Positions 47,289 through 57,312 are shown, numbered from the stretch's first letter. The stretch is 64,000 bases of DNA from Spirochaetia bacterium (GCA_965208575.1 CBDBOV010000005.1:1056001-1120000), one strand, 5' to 3'. Made by a program: numbers and translations. Notes: a model not told the origin generated them from the sequence alone.

Positions 47289-48036
47289 CCTCGCTCTCCG
47301 CCAACAATCGCTTGGCCAGTTCCACGCACGCGACCGCGTCCTTGCCGTAACCGTCGGCGCCCATGTCGTCGGCGAACTCCTGGGTTACCGGCGCGCCGCC
47401 CACCATGATCTGCACGTCGTCGCGCATGCCGGCGTCGATGAACGCCTCGATGGTACGCCCCATGTTGGGCATGGTGGTGGTGAGCAGGGCCGACATGCCC
47501 ATCAGCTCCGCCTCGTTCTCCTCTACCGCGTCCAGGAACTCGTCCGGCGCGGTGTCCACGCCGAGGTCGATCACCTCGAAACCGGCGCCGCGCAGCATCA
47601 TGATGCACAGGTTCTTGCCGATGTCGTGCAGGTCGCCCTTCACCGTGCCCATGATCACCTTGGCGATCGACTCGATGCCGGACGCCGACAGGATCGGCTC
47701 GATGTGCGCCATGCCCGCCTTCATGGCCCGCGCGCAGGACAGCACCTCGGGTACGAAGATGATGTTCTCCCGGAACTTGATGCCGACGATGCCCATGCCG
47801 GCGATCAGACCGTCGTCCATGATCTCGGTGGCCTCGACGCCGCCGTCGAGTTGCTGCCGGGTAATCTCGTCCACCACGTCGTCGTCGCCTTCGATCAGCC
47901 CGGCCGCCATCTCCTGCAGCTCGGGGCGCACCGCCGCGAAGATGTCGATCATGCGCTGCCGCTCGTCGGGGCGCTCGATGAACTGCTCGATCTCCTCGCG
48001 GATGAACTCGTTGTCTACGTCGCTCAACTCTGCCAT
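47281..48036 (-). CDS. Corrinoid (B12-binding) protein, MtaC/MtbC/MetH-cap type
   Basis: GDLHDIGKN (DxHxxG), SALLTTT and GGAP. Confidence 0.92.
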   Translation of the reverse strand: MAELSDVDNEFIREEIEQFIERPDERQRMIDIFAAVRPELQEMAAGLIEGDDDVVDEITRQQLDGGVEATEIMDDGLIAGMGIVGIKFRENIIFVPEVLSCARAMKAGMAHIEPILSASGIESIAKVIMGTVKGDLHDIGKNLCIMMLRGAGFEVIDLGVDTAPDEFLDAVEENEAELMGMSALLTTTMPNMGRTIEAFIDAGMRDDVQIMVGGAPVTQEFADDMGADGYGKDAVACVELAKRLLAESEDD

Positions 48037-48055
48037 CTGTCGGTTATCCGTCCTG

Positions 48056-49105
48056 TCAGCCGCGGCCGTGGCCGTTGCCGCCCGAGTGCGCATCGTGCCA
48101 CTCGCGCACCGCCGCGGGAATCGCGCGCAGGTTGTCCAGCGGGGTCTGCAGCGGAATGGCGCACTCGGGTCCGATCAAAGGTACTCCCGCATCGAGGTTC
48201 TCGAACACCTCGGCGCGCACTTCTTCCGGGCCGCGCGCGAACAGGGTCTCCGGGTTGTTGATGTTGCCGACCAGGGCGATGCGGTCGCGCACCAGTTCCA
48301 TCGCCTGCGCCGGGTTGTTCTTGGAGTCGTAGTGAAAGGCCGCGAAGCCGGTCTGTGCGATCGCCGGCATGCGGTCCAGGGTCTTGCCGCAGATGTGCAT
48401 GATCAGCGGCACCGGCAGTTGCTCGGCGAACTCCTTGTGCAGGTCGCGCAGGTAGCGGCTGTACCACTCGCCGCTCACCAGGTCGCCGGTGGCGTGGTCG
48501 GGCAGCGTCAGGGCGTCGGCGCCGGCTTCGATCTGCGCAATCCCGAAGTCCACCGTAGCCTTCTTGAGGCGGTCCAGGATCAGCTTGGTCTTGCCGGGGT
48601 CGTCGAGCGACAGCAGCAGGAACATCTCCACGCCGAAGCAGTGGTAGGCGAGCGACCACGGCCCCATGGTCTTGCCGACAATCGCCACCTCGTCGCCGTA
48701 GTCGCGCTTCAGGATCCGAATCGACTCCATCACGCACGCGGTGTCGGGGTGGGTGAGGAAGTCGGGCGGAATGTGGATGTCGTCGGCGTCCTGCCAGATC
48801 GGCTCGCTCATCTTTACCGTCGGCCAGTTGTCCTTCTGCTCCCACTGGATCTTGCAGCCCAGGGCCGAAGAGTCCTGGATGATGCTGAACACCGGCATGA
48901 TGGTGTCGAAGCCGAGCTCGGTGTAGCCGGTGGCGGCGAGCCGCGCCATCAGCTCGCCGTCGCGGTTGGCGTCCGGGAACGGTGCGTCCACCAGGTCCAT
49001 CAGCTCCACGGTGGCCACCGAGGTGGGATTGCAGAGCGGGGTGCGATCCACCGGCTCCCCGGCGAGCGCGGCGAGCACGCGTTGGCGTCCGTTCATCTGT
49101 GTCAT
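48056..49105 (-). CDS. MtaA/CmuA-family methylcobamide methyltransferase (UroD superfamily)
   Basis: Zn-binding MHICG and GPEC; GPWSL, QIEAGAD and LVGNIN. Confidence 0.88.
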   Translation of the reverse strand: MTQMNGRQRVLAALAGEPVDRTPLCNPTSVATVELMDLVDAPFPDANRDGELMARLAATGYTELGFDTIMPVFSIIQDSSALGCKIQWEQKDNWPTVKMSEPIWQDADDIHIPPDFLTHPDTACVMESIRILKRDYGDEVAIVGKTMGPWSLAYHCFGVEMFLLLSLDDPGKTKLILDRLKKATVDFGIAQIEAGADALTLPDHATGDLVSGEWYSRYLRDLHKEFAEQLPVPLIMHICGKTLDRMPAIAQTGFAAFHYDSKNNPAQAMELVRDRIALVGNINNPETLFARGPEEVRAEVFENLDAGVPLIGPECAIPLQTPLDNLRAIPAAVREWHDAHSGGNGHGRG

Positions 49106-49133
49106 CGGCAACCTCTCCTTGCTTGTCGCCGGC

Positions 49134-49775
49134 TCAGCGCTGCTGGCTCGGCGCGGCCAGCACGCCGCGCGCCGCGGTCAGTTCCTGTTCGCGCAGCACG
49201 CCGCGCGCGTTCAGCGCCAGCTTCAGCAGCATCGCGACCAGCTTGTGGTGGTCGTAACCGCAGGCGAAGCGCACCCGGTCGATGGAGGCGGGTACCGGCT
49301 CCATGCCGGCCAGCTTCACCAGCCCGCCGGCTACCGTGGCCACCCGCCGCACCACCTTGGCGCCGTCGGCGTCGGCGGCTGCCCGGTACAGCCCGCCGCC
49401 CTCCGGGATGACGCGAATGGTGGCGTCGGTCTTCTTGTCGTACACCTCCAACGGGCGCGCTGCCGGCGGCTCGCCGGGGTCCAGCTTGCACGCCTCGATG
49501 AACGCCCGCCGGGTGGCCTGCTCGTGCGCATCGCCGCAGGCGAACCGTACCCGCAACGGCGCGCCCGGTGCCGCTTCCATGCCGGCCACCTCCTGCATCG
49601 CCGCGGCGATGGCCTGCAGCCGTGCGCCTGCGCCGTTGCGGGTGCTGTAGCTGTGGATGTCGTACGCCGGGCCGCCGTCCGCGTCCACCGCCCGGTGCAG
49701 CGCCACCGTGATGTCGTGAAAGTGGGCATCCATCGCCACCAGTTCGATGCGCCGGCCCAGGTCGGTCCGTGTCAC
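49134..49775 (-). CDS. Hypothetical protein, first gene of the corrinoid operon
   Basis: AAGGAG RBS plus GTG; internal duplication with FACGDAHE / FACGYDHH. Confidence 0.65.
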   Translation of the reverse strand: MTRTDLGRRIELVAMDAHFHDITVALHRAVDADGGPAYDIHSYSTRNGAGARLQAIAAAMQEVAGMEAAPGAPLRVRFACGDAHEQATRRAFIEACKLDPGEPPAARPLEVYDKKTDATIRVIPEGGGLYRAAADADGAKVVRRVATVAGGLVKLAGMEPVPASIDRVRFACGYDHHKLVAMLLKLALNARGVLREQELTAARGVLAAPSQQR

Positions 49776-49810
49776 CGTGTGGTTCTCCTTGCGTCGTCGC
49801 CGCCCGCACG

Positions 49811-50030
49811 CCCGGGCAGGATCCGGTCCACCGCCAGGCGCAGGTCGGGCAGCGCGGCGGGCGCGATCGTCTCGCCCCGCTCGACGCGCCGCGTGGTGCG
49901 GTCCGCACGCGCAAAGCGCCGGCGCCGAACGTCCGGGACGGAACGCGGTTCGGCTGGCGTCGCAGTCATGATCCCGGTAGCGGCCATGTGCCGAAAGATA
50001 CCACAACCGGCGCGATGCGTGTCGTTGCGG
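49811..50030 (-). pseudogene. Internally deleted copy of the Uma2 gene, including its upstream promoter region
   Basis: 49811-49894 matches 54580-54663 and ~49900-50030 matches ~55105-55230; the central ~440 bp is missing. Confidence 0.8.
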
Positions 50031-50103
50031 GCATGTCTGTCTCGCATGTTCGTTCTGAGCGCGATTGCGGGGATCGGGTAACCGGAATAGGCTGAGATCG
50101 CAT

Positions 50104-51099
50104 ATGTTGCCGTTCATCCTCCGACGCATCGGCGTGATGGTCATCGTGCTCGCCGCGGTTTCGGTGTGCGCGTTCGTGATCATCCAGTTGCCGCCCGGCG
50201 ACTATCTCGACGACTACATCGCCGGGCTGCAGGCGCGCGGCACCGAGGTGGACCAGGCGGAGATCGAGGCGTTGCGGCATCAGTATGGCCTGGACCGGCC
50301 GATCTACCTGCAATACCTGCGCTGGATCGGCAAGATCGTGCGCGGCGACATGGGGTACTCGTTCATCTACGCCAAGCCGGTGGAGGTGTTGCTGAAGGAA
50401 CGCCTGCCGTTGACCGTGACAATCTCCGTGTTGACGCTGCTGTTCGTCTACGCCGTCGCCGTGCCGATCGGCATCTACTCGGCTACCCACCAGTACTCGT
50501 TCGCGGACTACGGCTTTACCGTGTTCGGCTTCGTGGGACTTGCGACGCCCAACTTCCTGCTGGCGCTGGTGCTGATGATGCTGTTCTTCTACCTGTTCGG
50601 GCTCAACATCGGCGGGCTGTTCTCCATGGAGTACGTCGGTGCTCCGTGGAGCTTCGGGAAGGTGCTCGACCTGCTCGCGCACCTGCCCGTGCCGATCGTC
50701 GTCCTCGGCACCGCCGGCACCGCCGGGCTCATTCGCGTGCTGCGCGGGTCGCTGCTCGACGAGCTGGCCAAGCAGTACGTCATCACCGCCCGCGCCAAGG
50801 GCCTGGACGAGCAGCGCCTGCTGTTCAAGTACCCGGTCCGGGTGGCCGTGAACCCGATCCTCAGCACCGTGGGCTGGTTGCTGCCGGAGATCGTATCGGG
50901 GGAAACCATCGTCGCCATCGTGCTGGGGCTGCCCACCATCGGCCCGCTCGTGTTCAACTCGCTGCTGTCTCAGGACATGCTGCTCGCCGGGAGCACCATC
51001 ATGCTGCTCAGCTTCCTGACCGTGGTCGGCACCCTGATCTCCGACCTGCTGCTGGTACTGGTGGATCCCCGCATCCGCTTCGAGGCGGTGCAATCGTGA
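50104..51099 (+). CDS. ABC permease, DppB/OppB family
   Basis: IQLPPGDY, YGLDRP, GDMGYS and TARAKGL. Confidence 0.9.
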   Translation: MLPFILRRIGVMVIVLAAVSVCAFVIIQLPPGDYLDDYIAGLQARGTEVDQAEIEALRHQYGLDRPIYLQYLRWIGKIVRGDMGYSFIYAKPVEVLLKERLPLTVTISVLTLLFVYAVAVPIGIYSATHQYSFADYGFTVFGFVGLATPNFLLALVLMMLFFYLFGLNIGGLFSMEYVGAPWSFGKVLDLLAHLPVPIVVLGTAGTAGLIRVLRGSLLDELAKQYVITARAKGLDEQRLLFKYPVRVAVNPILSTVGWLLPEIVSGETIVAIVLGLPTIGPLVFNSLLSQDMLLAGSTIMLLSFLTVVGTLISDLLLVLVDPRIRFEAVQS

Positions 51100-52223
51100 G
51101 TCGGCGGGAGGCCCGCACCGCCACCGAGACGGTTCGGAACGAGCGCGCCGAACAGTATTTCGTAGCCACGCAATGGCAGTTGATGTGGCGCAAGTTCACG
51201 CGCCATCGGCTGGCGGTGATCGGCGGCGTGGTGCTCGCCGTGTTCTACTTCTGGGGTCTGTTTCCGGAGTTCCTGTCACCGAGCGTTCCCTCGGAGCGGG
51301 TCAGGGAACTCGCGTATTCTCCGCCGCAGCGTGTCCGGTTCGTGCACGAGGGCAGGATTCGCGGGCCGTTCGTGTACGGTTACGTGCAGTCGATTGACCC
51401 GCTGACGCTGCAAAAGCTGTACACCGCCGACACCACCGACCTGCGCCCCATCCGTCTGTTCGTGCGCGCTGCCGAGTACAGGCTGTGGGGTCTCTTCCCC
51501 GGCAACCTGCACCTGTTCGGATCCGACCGCGGCCCGGTCATGCTGCTCGGCGCGGACAGCTTCGGGCGTGACCTGTTTACCCGCAACCTCTACGCCGCGC
51601 GGGTGTCGCTGTCGGTTGGGCTGGTGGGCGTGGTGCTGAGCTTCGTGCTCGGTCTCGTGCTCGGCGGAATCTCCGGCTACTACGGGGGCATGGTCGACAA
51701 CGTCATCCAGCGCATCATCGAGTTTCTCATTTCGCTGCCGACGATACCGGTGTGGATGGGACTGGCCGCGGCCCTGCCGCCGGAGTGGGGGTCGATCCAG
51801 ATCTACTTCGGCGTGACGATCATCCTCTCCATCGTGGGCTGGACCGGTCTGGCGCGCGTGGTTCGCGGCAAGCTGCTGGAGTTGCGCGAGGCCGATTTCG
51901 TGATGGCGGCCCGCATTGCCGGCGCCAGGCAGCGGCGTATCATCGCCGGCCACCTGATACCCTCGTTCCTGAGCTACCTCATCGTCCACCTTACGCTGGC
52001 CATTCCGCGGATGATACTCGGCGAGACGGCGCTGAGCTTCCTGGGACTCGGGATCAGGCCACCCGCGGTGAGCTGGGGAACCCTGCTGCAGGACGCGCAG
52101 AACATCCAGACCGTGGTGCTCTACCCCTGGCTGATGTTCCCCGCGCTGTTCGTCGTGGCTGCGGTGCTGATGTTCAACTTCCTCGGCGACGGGCTGCGGG
52201 ACGCGGCGGATCCCTACAAGTAA
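51096..52223 (+). CDS. ABC permease, DppC/OppC family
   Basis: LGADSFGRD, ETALSFLGLG, SWG and GDGLRDAADP. Confidence 0.9.
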   Translation: MSRREARTATETVRNERAEQYFVATQWQLMWRKFTRHRLAVIGGVVLAVFYFWGLFPEFLSPSVPSERVRELAYSPPQRVRFVHEGRIRGPFVYGYVQSIDPLTLQKLYTADTTDLRPIRLFVRAAEYRLWGLFPGNLHLFGSDRGPVMLLGADSFGRDLFTRNLYAARVSLSVGLVGVVLSFVLGLVLGGISGYYGGMVDNVIQRIIEFLISLPTIPVWMGLAAALPPEWGSIQIYFGVTIILSIVGWTGLARVVRGKLLELREADFVMAARIAGARQRRIIAGHLIPSFLSYLIVHLTLAIPRMILGETALSFLGLGIRPPAVSWGTLLQDAQNIQTVVLYPWLMFPALFVVAAVLMFNFLGDGLRDAADPYK

Positions 52224-52241
52224 CGCCGCGACCGGGACTCT

Positions 52242-52284
52242 ACCCGCGACCGGGATTCTCCGCAAAGAGAGCCCCGGTCACGGG
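52242..52284. terminator. Hairpin between convergent genes
   Basis: CCCGCGACCGGG...CCCGGTCACGGG imperfect inverted repeat. Confidence 0.5.
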
Positions 52285-52304
52285 CATCCTGGAGCGACTC
52301 CGAT

Positions 52305-54332
52305 CTACTCCTTGTACCACTGAAAGGCGCCGCTGAACGCGAACACCAGCGGAGGCAGCCGATCCAGGTCGACATTCCTCAGGTTGTTGCGCGCAAAGCG
52401 CACGTCCGGCGCCGGGGCCACGATGCCCATGTGCCACTGGTTCTCGGCCAGGTTCTGCAGCGCCATGTTGCCGAGCCGCAGGCGTTCGGACTCGTCCAGC
52501 GTGGTCGGGATCGCGCGCCACGTTTCGATGTATTCCTTGGCCGCCGGGATCGGCTCCTCGCCCTCGGCGCCACCGGTCTGGTACCACTGCTGCCAGCGCC
52601 GCGCCCAGAACTGGCCGCCGCTCCACCAGCCGGCCCTGCTCTGCGTGGCGGCGAAGTCGCTGCCGTCGATGCCCCAGGCCGAGATCATCGACTCGTTGGC
52701 CCCGAACTTCTGCCACATCGTTCCGCGCGGACCGACGTCGTCGATGATCGCGGCGACACCTACCTGGCCCCAATGATCGACGATCAACTCGACCGTCGGC
52801 GGGATGGCTGCGCGCCGGGCCCCGGCGATGGTGATGATCAATTCCAGCGGCGATCCGTCGGGCCGCGTGCGCACACCCTCGGCGTTCGCCGTCACCCCTA
52901 CCTCATCGAGCAACTGCATGGCCAGCTCGGGGTTGTACTCGGTGTACTTGTCCTGGTACTCCAGCGCGCCGTACGCGGCCTGCGCCTGAATGGAGGCGCC
53001 GCGCGGCGTGCCGACGCCGGCAAACACCAGGTCATTCACCTCGTCCCGGTCGATGGCATGGGACAGCGCCTGCTTGAACTTTGCCGTCGCGAACAACTCA
53101 CGCAGCCCCGGATCGTCTATGGTGTGATTGAACAACAGCGTCACTTCGGTGGCGAATGCGTCATGCCCGGTGGGCTCCAGGGAGACGCGATAGTTGTTGC
53201 GCTGAGCGTTCTTCATGAACACCGGGAACTTGTCGATGGTCATGCTGCCGCCGTAGATGCCGGCGCCGATATCCTGCTCGCCGCTGATCGCCTTGGCCGC
53301 GACCAGCTCGTTGCCCTCCACGACTTGACCGATGACATGGTCGATGTAGGGGAGCTGATTGCCGGCGGTGTCGATCTTCCAGTAGTAGGGGTTGCGGGTC
53401 ATCAGCACGCGCTCCAGGGTCACCGACTCCACCCACCACGCATCGAGCACCGGCAGGTCCTGGGCGTAGGTGTCATCGCTGTACTGGCGCTTGCTGGCGA
53501 AGAGCTGGTACCACTCGTCGAATCCGGCCTCCTTGGCCAGGTCGCCGGCCTTGTCGTTGTAGTCGATGTGGAACTGCTTGAGGTAGTGCGCCGGATGAAA
53601 GGGACCGCGGAACGTCTGCGACGCCGCTCCCCAGCGGCTGGACAGCGTATACTGCATGGCCGGCAGCGCGACCGCGAACGTGAATTGCACCGTGGTGTCG
53701 TCGATCTTCCGAAAGCGCACCAGCTCACCACCCGAATTCCAGGGGCTCGGTTTCCGCGGCATGATGTCGTCATTCTGCAGCATGTCCTCGTACCAGAACA
53801 CGAAGTCGTCGGCGGTGAACGGCGCCCCGTCAGACCAGTGCATGCCCTTGCGCAGGTGCAGGGTGAAGGTCTTGGCGTCCGCACTCTGCTCCAGCTCCTT
53901 GGCCGCGTTCGGAAGCACCTGCACCAGGTCGGGACGGGCTCTGATGAACAGCTCCTCCAGGTGCATGTACGACTGCGGGCCCCACACGTCGGCGCGAGCG
54001 GTCACGTTGAGCTGATCGGTGTACTTGCCGATCCGCTCCAGGGGCTGGACCACCAGCGGCTCCTCCGATATGCGCTCTTTCACCGGTGGCAGGTCGCCGC
54101 CGCTCACCATCGCCGCCAGCATGGGTGACTCGCCGAAGCTCATGATCCGGTTGCCGGTCGCCGACTCGTAGTCGGCCAGCGTTACCCAGCGGCCCCCGGC
54201 GGCGAGCGGGCCGGGGCCGACATCCATCATACCGGCACCCGCCCCCGCGGCGCCCTCGCCCTCAGCGCCGGCGTAGGCGCCGAAAGCCGCCGTGGTCGCG
54301 ATCAACGCCGCGACCAGAACACGTTCTACCAT
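52305..54332 (-). CDS. ABC substrate-binding protein, family 5 (peptide/oligosaccharide)
   Basis: LPPVKERI, LRKGMHWSDGAPFTADD, RNPYYWKID-GNQLPYID and ALSHAIDR. Confidence 0.9.
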   Translation of the reverse strand: MVERVLVAALIATTAAFGAYAGAEGEGAAGAGAGMMDVGPGPLAAGGRWVTLADYESATGNRIMSFGESPMLAAMVSGGDLPPVKERISEEPLVVQPLERIGKYTDQLNVTARADVWGPQSYMHLEELFIRARPDLVQVLPNAAKELEQSADAKTFTLHLRKGMHWSDGAPFTADDFVFWYEDMLQNDDIMPRKPSPWNSGGELVRFRKIDDTTVQFTFAVALPAMQYTLSSRWGAASQTFRGPFHPAHYLKQFHIDYNDKAGDLAKEAGFDEWYQLFASKRQYSDDTYAQDLPVLDAWWVESVTLERVLMTRNPYYWKIDTAGNQLPYIDHVIGQVVEGNELVAAKAISGEQDIGAGIYGGSMTIDKFPVFMKNAQRNNYRVSLEPTGHDAFATEVTLLFNHTIDDPGLRELFATAKFKQALSHAIDRDEVNDLVFAGVGTPRGASIQAQAAYGALEYQDKYTEYNPELAMQLLDEVGVTANAEGVRTRPDGSPLELIITIAGARRAAIPPTVELIVDHWGQVGVAAIIDDVGPRGTMWQKFGANESMISAWGIDGSDFAATQSRAGWWSGGQFWARRWQQWYQTGGAEGEEPIPAAKEYIETWRAIPTTLDESERLRLGNMALQNLAENQWHMGIVAPAPDVRFARNNLRNVDLDRLPPLVFAFSGAFQWYKE

Positions 54333-54543
54333 TGTCCCCTCCTTGAAGTGGGATAGCTCATGGTATGCCATCGATAACCGGCACACAAGCTGGCGCCGCG
54401 CACCGACTTCGCCGACTTCGGGGCGCGGCCGCGAGCAGCGCCGCCGCCGGCACGCTTCTTCGACTACGCTGCGCCGAGCGCCGGATGGCCGTTCTCACCG
54501 ATGCCGGCGGCAGCGGCCACCGCGGTCACGCCGGACCGTGGCG

Positions 54544-55191
54544 CTACCGGCGCACCGACGGCGGTCCGCTGTCCGGACGCCCGGGAAGGATACGGTCCAC
54601 CGCCAGGCGCAGGTCGGGCAGCGCGGCCGGCGCGATGGTCGCACCCCGTTCGACGCGCCGCGTCGCACGGTAGCCTCCCGGCGCGGGGTCGGTGTACACC
54701 TCGATGCGGTCGTGCACCAGGTCCACCAGCCACACCTCGCGGACGCCGTCGGCGGCGTACAGCGGGATCTTGGTGCGCCGGTCGAAGGCCAGCGTGGAAT
54801 CGGCCACCTCCACCAGCAACAGCACTTCTCCGGGGTCGGGGTGGCCGTCGGCGTAGCGGTCGGAGCGGTCCGCCAGCAGCATCAGATCGGGCTGTGGCTC
54901 CGAGTGTTCCGATTCCGCCAGCGGGTTCTGTACGCGTACCAGCGCGCGCCCCGCGAGTGCGCCCGACTCGAAAAACGCGGCATTGATCCAGTCCACGCAG
55001 GCGGCGTGTCGCCTGCCGATCGGTGACATGACGAATATCTCTCCATCGATCAGTTCCAGGCGCTCCCGATGGTCGAGAATGCCCGCTCGCCCCATGGCGT
55101 GGTAGTCCGCGCGGGTGAACCTCCGGCGCCGAACGTCCGGGGCGGAACGCGGCTTGGCTGGCGTCGCGGTCATGGTGCCGGTAGCGGCCAT
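54544..55191 (-). CDS. Uma2-family (PD-(D/E)xK) endonuclease
   Basis: RRFTRADYHAM, ELIDGE, SEPQPD, LLVEVADST, KIPLYA and EVWLVD. Confidence 0.9.
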   Translation of the reverse strand: MAATGTMTATPAKPRSAPDVRRRRFTRADYHAMGRAGILDHRERLELIDGEIFVMSPIGRRHAACVDWINAAFFESGALAGRALVRVQNPLAESEHSEPQPDLMLLADRSDRYADGHPDPGEVLLLVEVADSTLAFDRRTKIPLYAADGVREVWLVDLVHDRIEVYTDPAPGGYRATRRVERGATIAPAALPDLRLAVDRILPGRPDSGPPSVRR

Positions 55192-55356
55192 GTGCCGAAG
55201 ATACCACAACCGGCGCGTTGCGTGTCGCTGCCCGACGCCTGACGGGCAGCCGCGGGCGGCGACGGACCGCCGGGGTTCGCCGCAACCGGCATTCGCGGTA
55301 GGATCGACCCGGGTGCGGCGCTCTCCGGTCTCGGCCGGCGGTCGCACCAGGGAGGG

Positions 55357-56625
55357 ATGATGGCGCGGCTACACCGGATGGTCCTTGCCGGCTGTGGAGG
55401 CATGGGGCGACGCCACCTGCGCAGCTACCGGGTGCTCGGCGAGGCGGAGCCGGGGCGCGCCGAGCTCGCCGCGGTGGTCGACCGGGAGCCCGAGCGCGCC
55501 GAGTTCGTCGCCGCCGAAGCGGAGCAGTTCCTGGGGCGCCGGCCGCCGGCGTTCACTTCCCTGGAGGCGGCTGCCGCTGTGGTGCCGGAGCTGGACGTGG
55601 TGGACATCGTCGCCGCCGCGTCGGCGCATCATCGTATCGCGCAAGTGGCCTGTGCGGCCGGCATGCACGTGCTGTGCGAGAAGCCGATGGCGCCCACGGT
55701 GGCGGCCTGCCGCGCCATGGGGCGCGCCGCCGAGCAGGCGGGCCGCGTGCTGTCGGTGGCCGAGAACTACCGCCGCGACCCGATCAGCCGGCTGGCGCGT
55801 GCCCTGGTCGGCGCCGGCGCCATCGGGGAGGTGCGTTCGCTGATTGACCTGTCCGGCAGCGGCGGCAGCCGGGGCAGCGCCGGGCCGTGGCGCTACCGGC
55901 GCACCGAGGGCGGCCCGATCCTGGAGGCGGGCGTGCACAACGCGGACATGCAGCAATACCTGGCCGGCGCGGCGACGCGGGTGAGCGGTCAGGTGCGCCT
56001 CAACGAGCCGCGGCGCATGTACCGCGACACGCCCCTGAAGGTGTTCCACGACCACTACGCCCACACCAACCCGGAGGTGGCGCCGGCCGACGCGCCCGAC
56101 CTGCTGATGGCAACGGTGGAGCATGCCGGCGGCGCCCTCGGCCAATGGCTGTACGACGACGCGCTGCATGGCCCGCGGCTGCGCCGCTTCACGCTGTTCG
56201 GCAGCGAGGGGCAGATCGACCTGCCCGGCGTGCGCAGCGGCCGTCCGCTGCAGGTGTTCCGCGACGGCCATGACGGCGCGCTGCCGGACGCCGCCGTGCT
56301 GGCGCTGGTGCCCGACTTCGCGCTCGACGAGCGCACCGCGCGCCTGTTCGGCGGCGAGCGGCTGGCGCGCTACGAGAACAGCGGCGGCGGCATGGGCGGC
56401 GGTGCGGACCTGAAGCTGCTGGCGCTGGAGATGGCCGAACTGCTGGACGCCGCCGACGGCGGCCCGCCGGTGGAGGTGGACGCGGAGGTGGGCCTGTCCG
56501 CCGCTGCGCTGGTGTTCGCCTGCCACGAGTCCTCCACCGCCGGCCGCCCGGTCACGCTGAACGAGGTGATCGACGGCACCCTGGACACCTACCAGCGCCC
56601 CGCCAACCAGGCCCTGGGCCTGTAG
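55357..56625 (+). CDS. Gfo/Idh/MocA oxidoreductase
   Basis: GCGGMG, CEKPMA, AENYRRDP and GVHNAD. Confidence 0.88.
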   Translation: MMARLHRMVLAGCGGMGRRHLRSYRVLGEAEPGRAELAAVVDREPERAEFVAAEAEQFLGRRPPAFTSLEAAAAVVPELDVVDIVAAASAHHRIAQVACAAGMHVLCEKPMAPTVAACRAMGRAAEQAGRVLSVAENYRRDPISRLARALVGAGAIGEVRSLIDLSGSGGSRGSAGPWRYRRTEGGPILEAGVHNADMQQYLAGAATRVSGQVRLNEPRRMYRDTPLKVFHDHYAHTNPEVAPADAPDLLMATVEHAGGALGQWLYDDALHGPRLRRFTLFGSEGQIDLPGVRSGRPLQVFRDGHDGALPDAAVLALVPDFALDERTARLFGGERLARYENSGGGMGGGADLKLLALEMAELLDAADGGPPVEVDAEVGLSAAALVFACHESSTAGRPVTLNEVIDGTLDTYQRPANQALGL

Positions 56626-56671
56626 CACGGTCGCGGATCGCGAAGCCGGCGCGTCGGTCCCCGCGGCATTC

Positions 56672-56773
56672 GAGTTAATCGAAGTTAGATAAGTTAATAA
56701 AGATTAATTATGTTCCGGGCAAGAAGTTCCGCGCACGACGGCTTTGACGGGAAGCGGTGTCACCGGCTATAGT
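56672..56773 (+). promoter_or_regulatory. cox operon promoter with upstream AT-rich phased repeats
   Basis: TTGACG (56744-56749), 18-bp spacer, TATAGT (56768-56773); AGTTA at 56673, 56683 and 56692. Confidence 0.55.
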
Positions 56774-56798
56774 GGGCGTCCGGCGCGAGGTCAGCGAG

Positions 56799-57269
56799 AT
56801 GCATCTGCAAGGCGAACACACCTTTACCGCACGTCAGCGGCACGTATGGGAGTTGTTGAACGACTCCGGCGTGTTGGCCCGCATCACGCCGGGTCTGAGC
56901 GAGCTGGAGGCCGACGGCGACGACTCCTACCGCGCCCGATTCGCCATCAAGATGGGGCCGATCAACAGTACATTCAACGGCACGTTGCGGGTGGTGGACC
57001 GGGTGGCGCCGGAGCGCTTCCGGCTGCTGGTCGAGATAGCGGGCAAGGCGGGCACGGTAGCCGCCGAGGCCACCGTTGCCGCGCAATCGACGGCGGGCGC
57101 CGGTGCGGAGCACACCCGGGTCACCTTCAGCGCGGACGCCAGGCTCACCGGACTGCTGGTGCGCATGGGCCAGCGCGTCCTCAGCGGCGTCGGGCGCCTG
57201 CTCACCAAGCAGTTTTTTCAGGCATTGGAACAGGAGATCGAGCGGTCGCCGGCGCGGGAGTCTGCGTGA
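56799..57269 (+). CDS. coxG: CoxG (SRPBCC) protein
   Basis: VWELLND, IKMGPI and FFQAL; adjacent to coxSLM. Confidence 0.8.
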   Translation: MHLQGEHTFTARQRHVWELLNDSGVLARITPGLSELEADGDDSYRARFAIKMGPINSTFNGTLRVVDRVAPERFRLLVEIAGKAGTVAAEATVAAQSTAGAGAEHTRVTFSADARLTGLLVRMGQRVLSGVGRLLTKQFFQALEQEIERSPARESA

Positions 57270-57312
57270 GGCGGCCATGTCAACCACACGGATACGAGGA
57301 GGAGCGAGAGAG

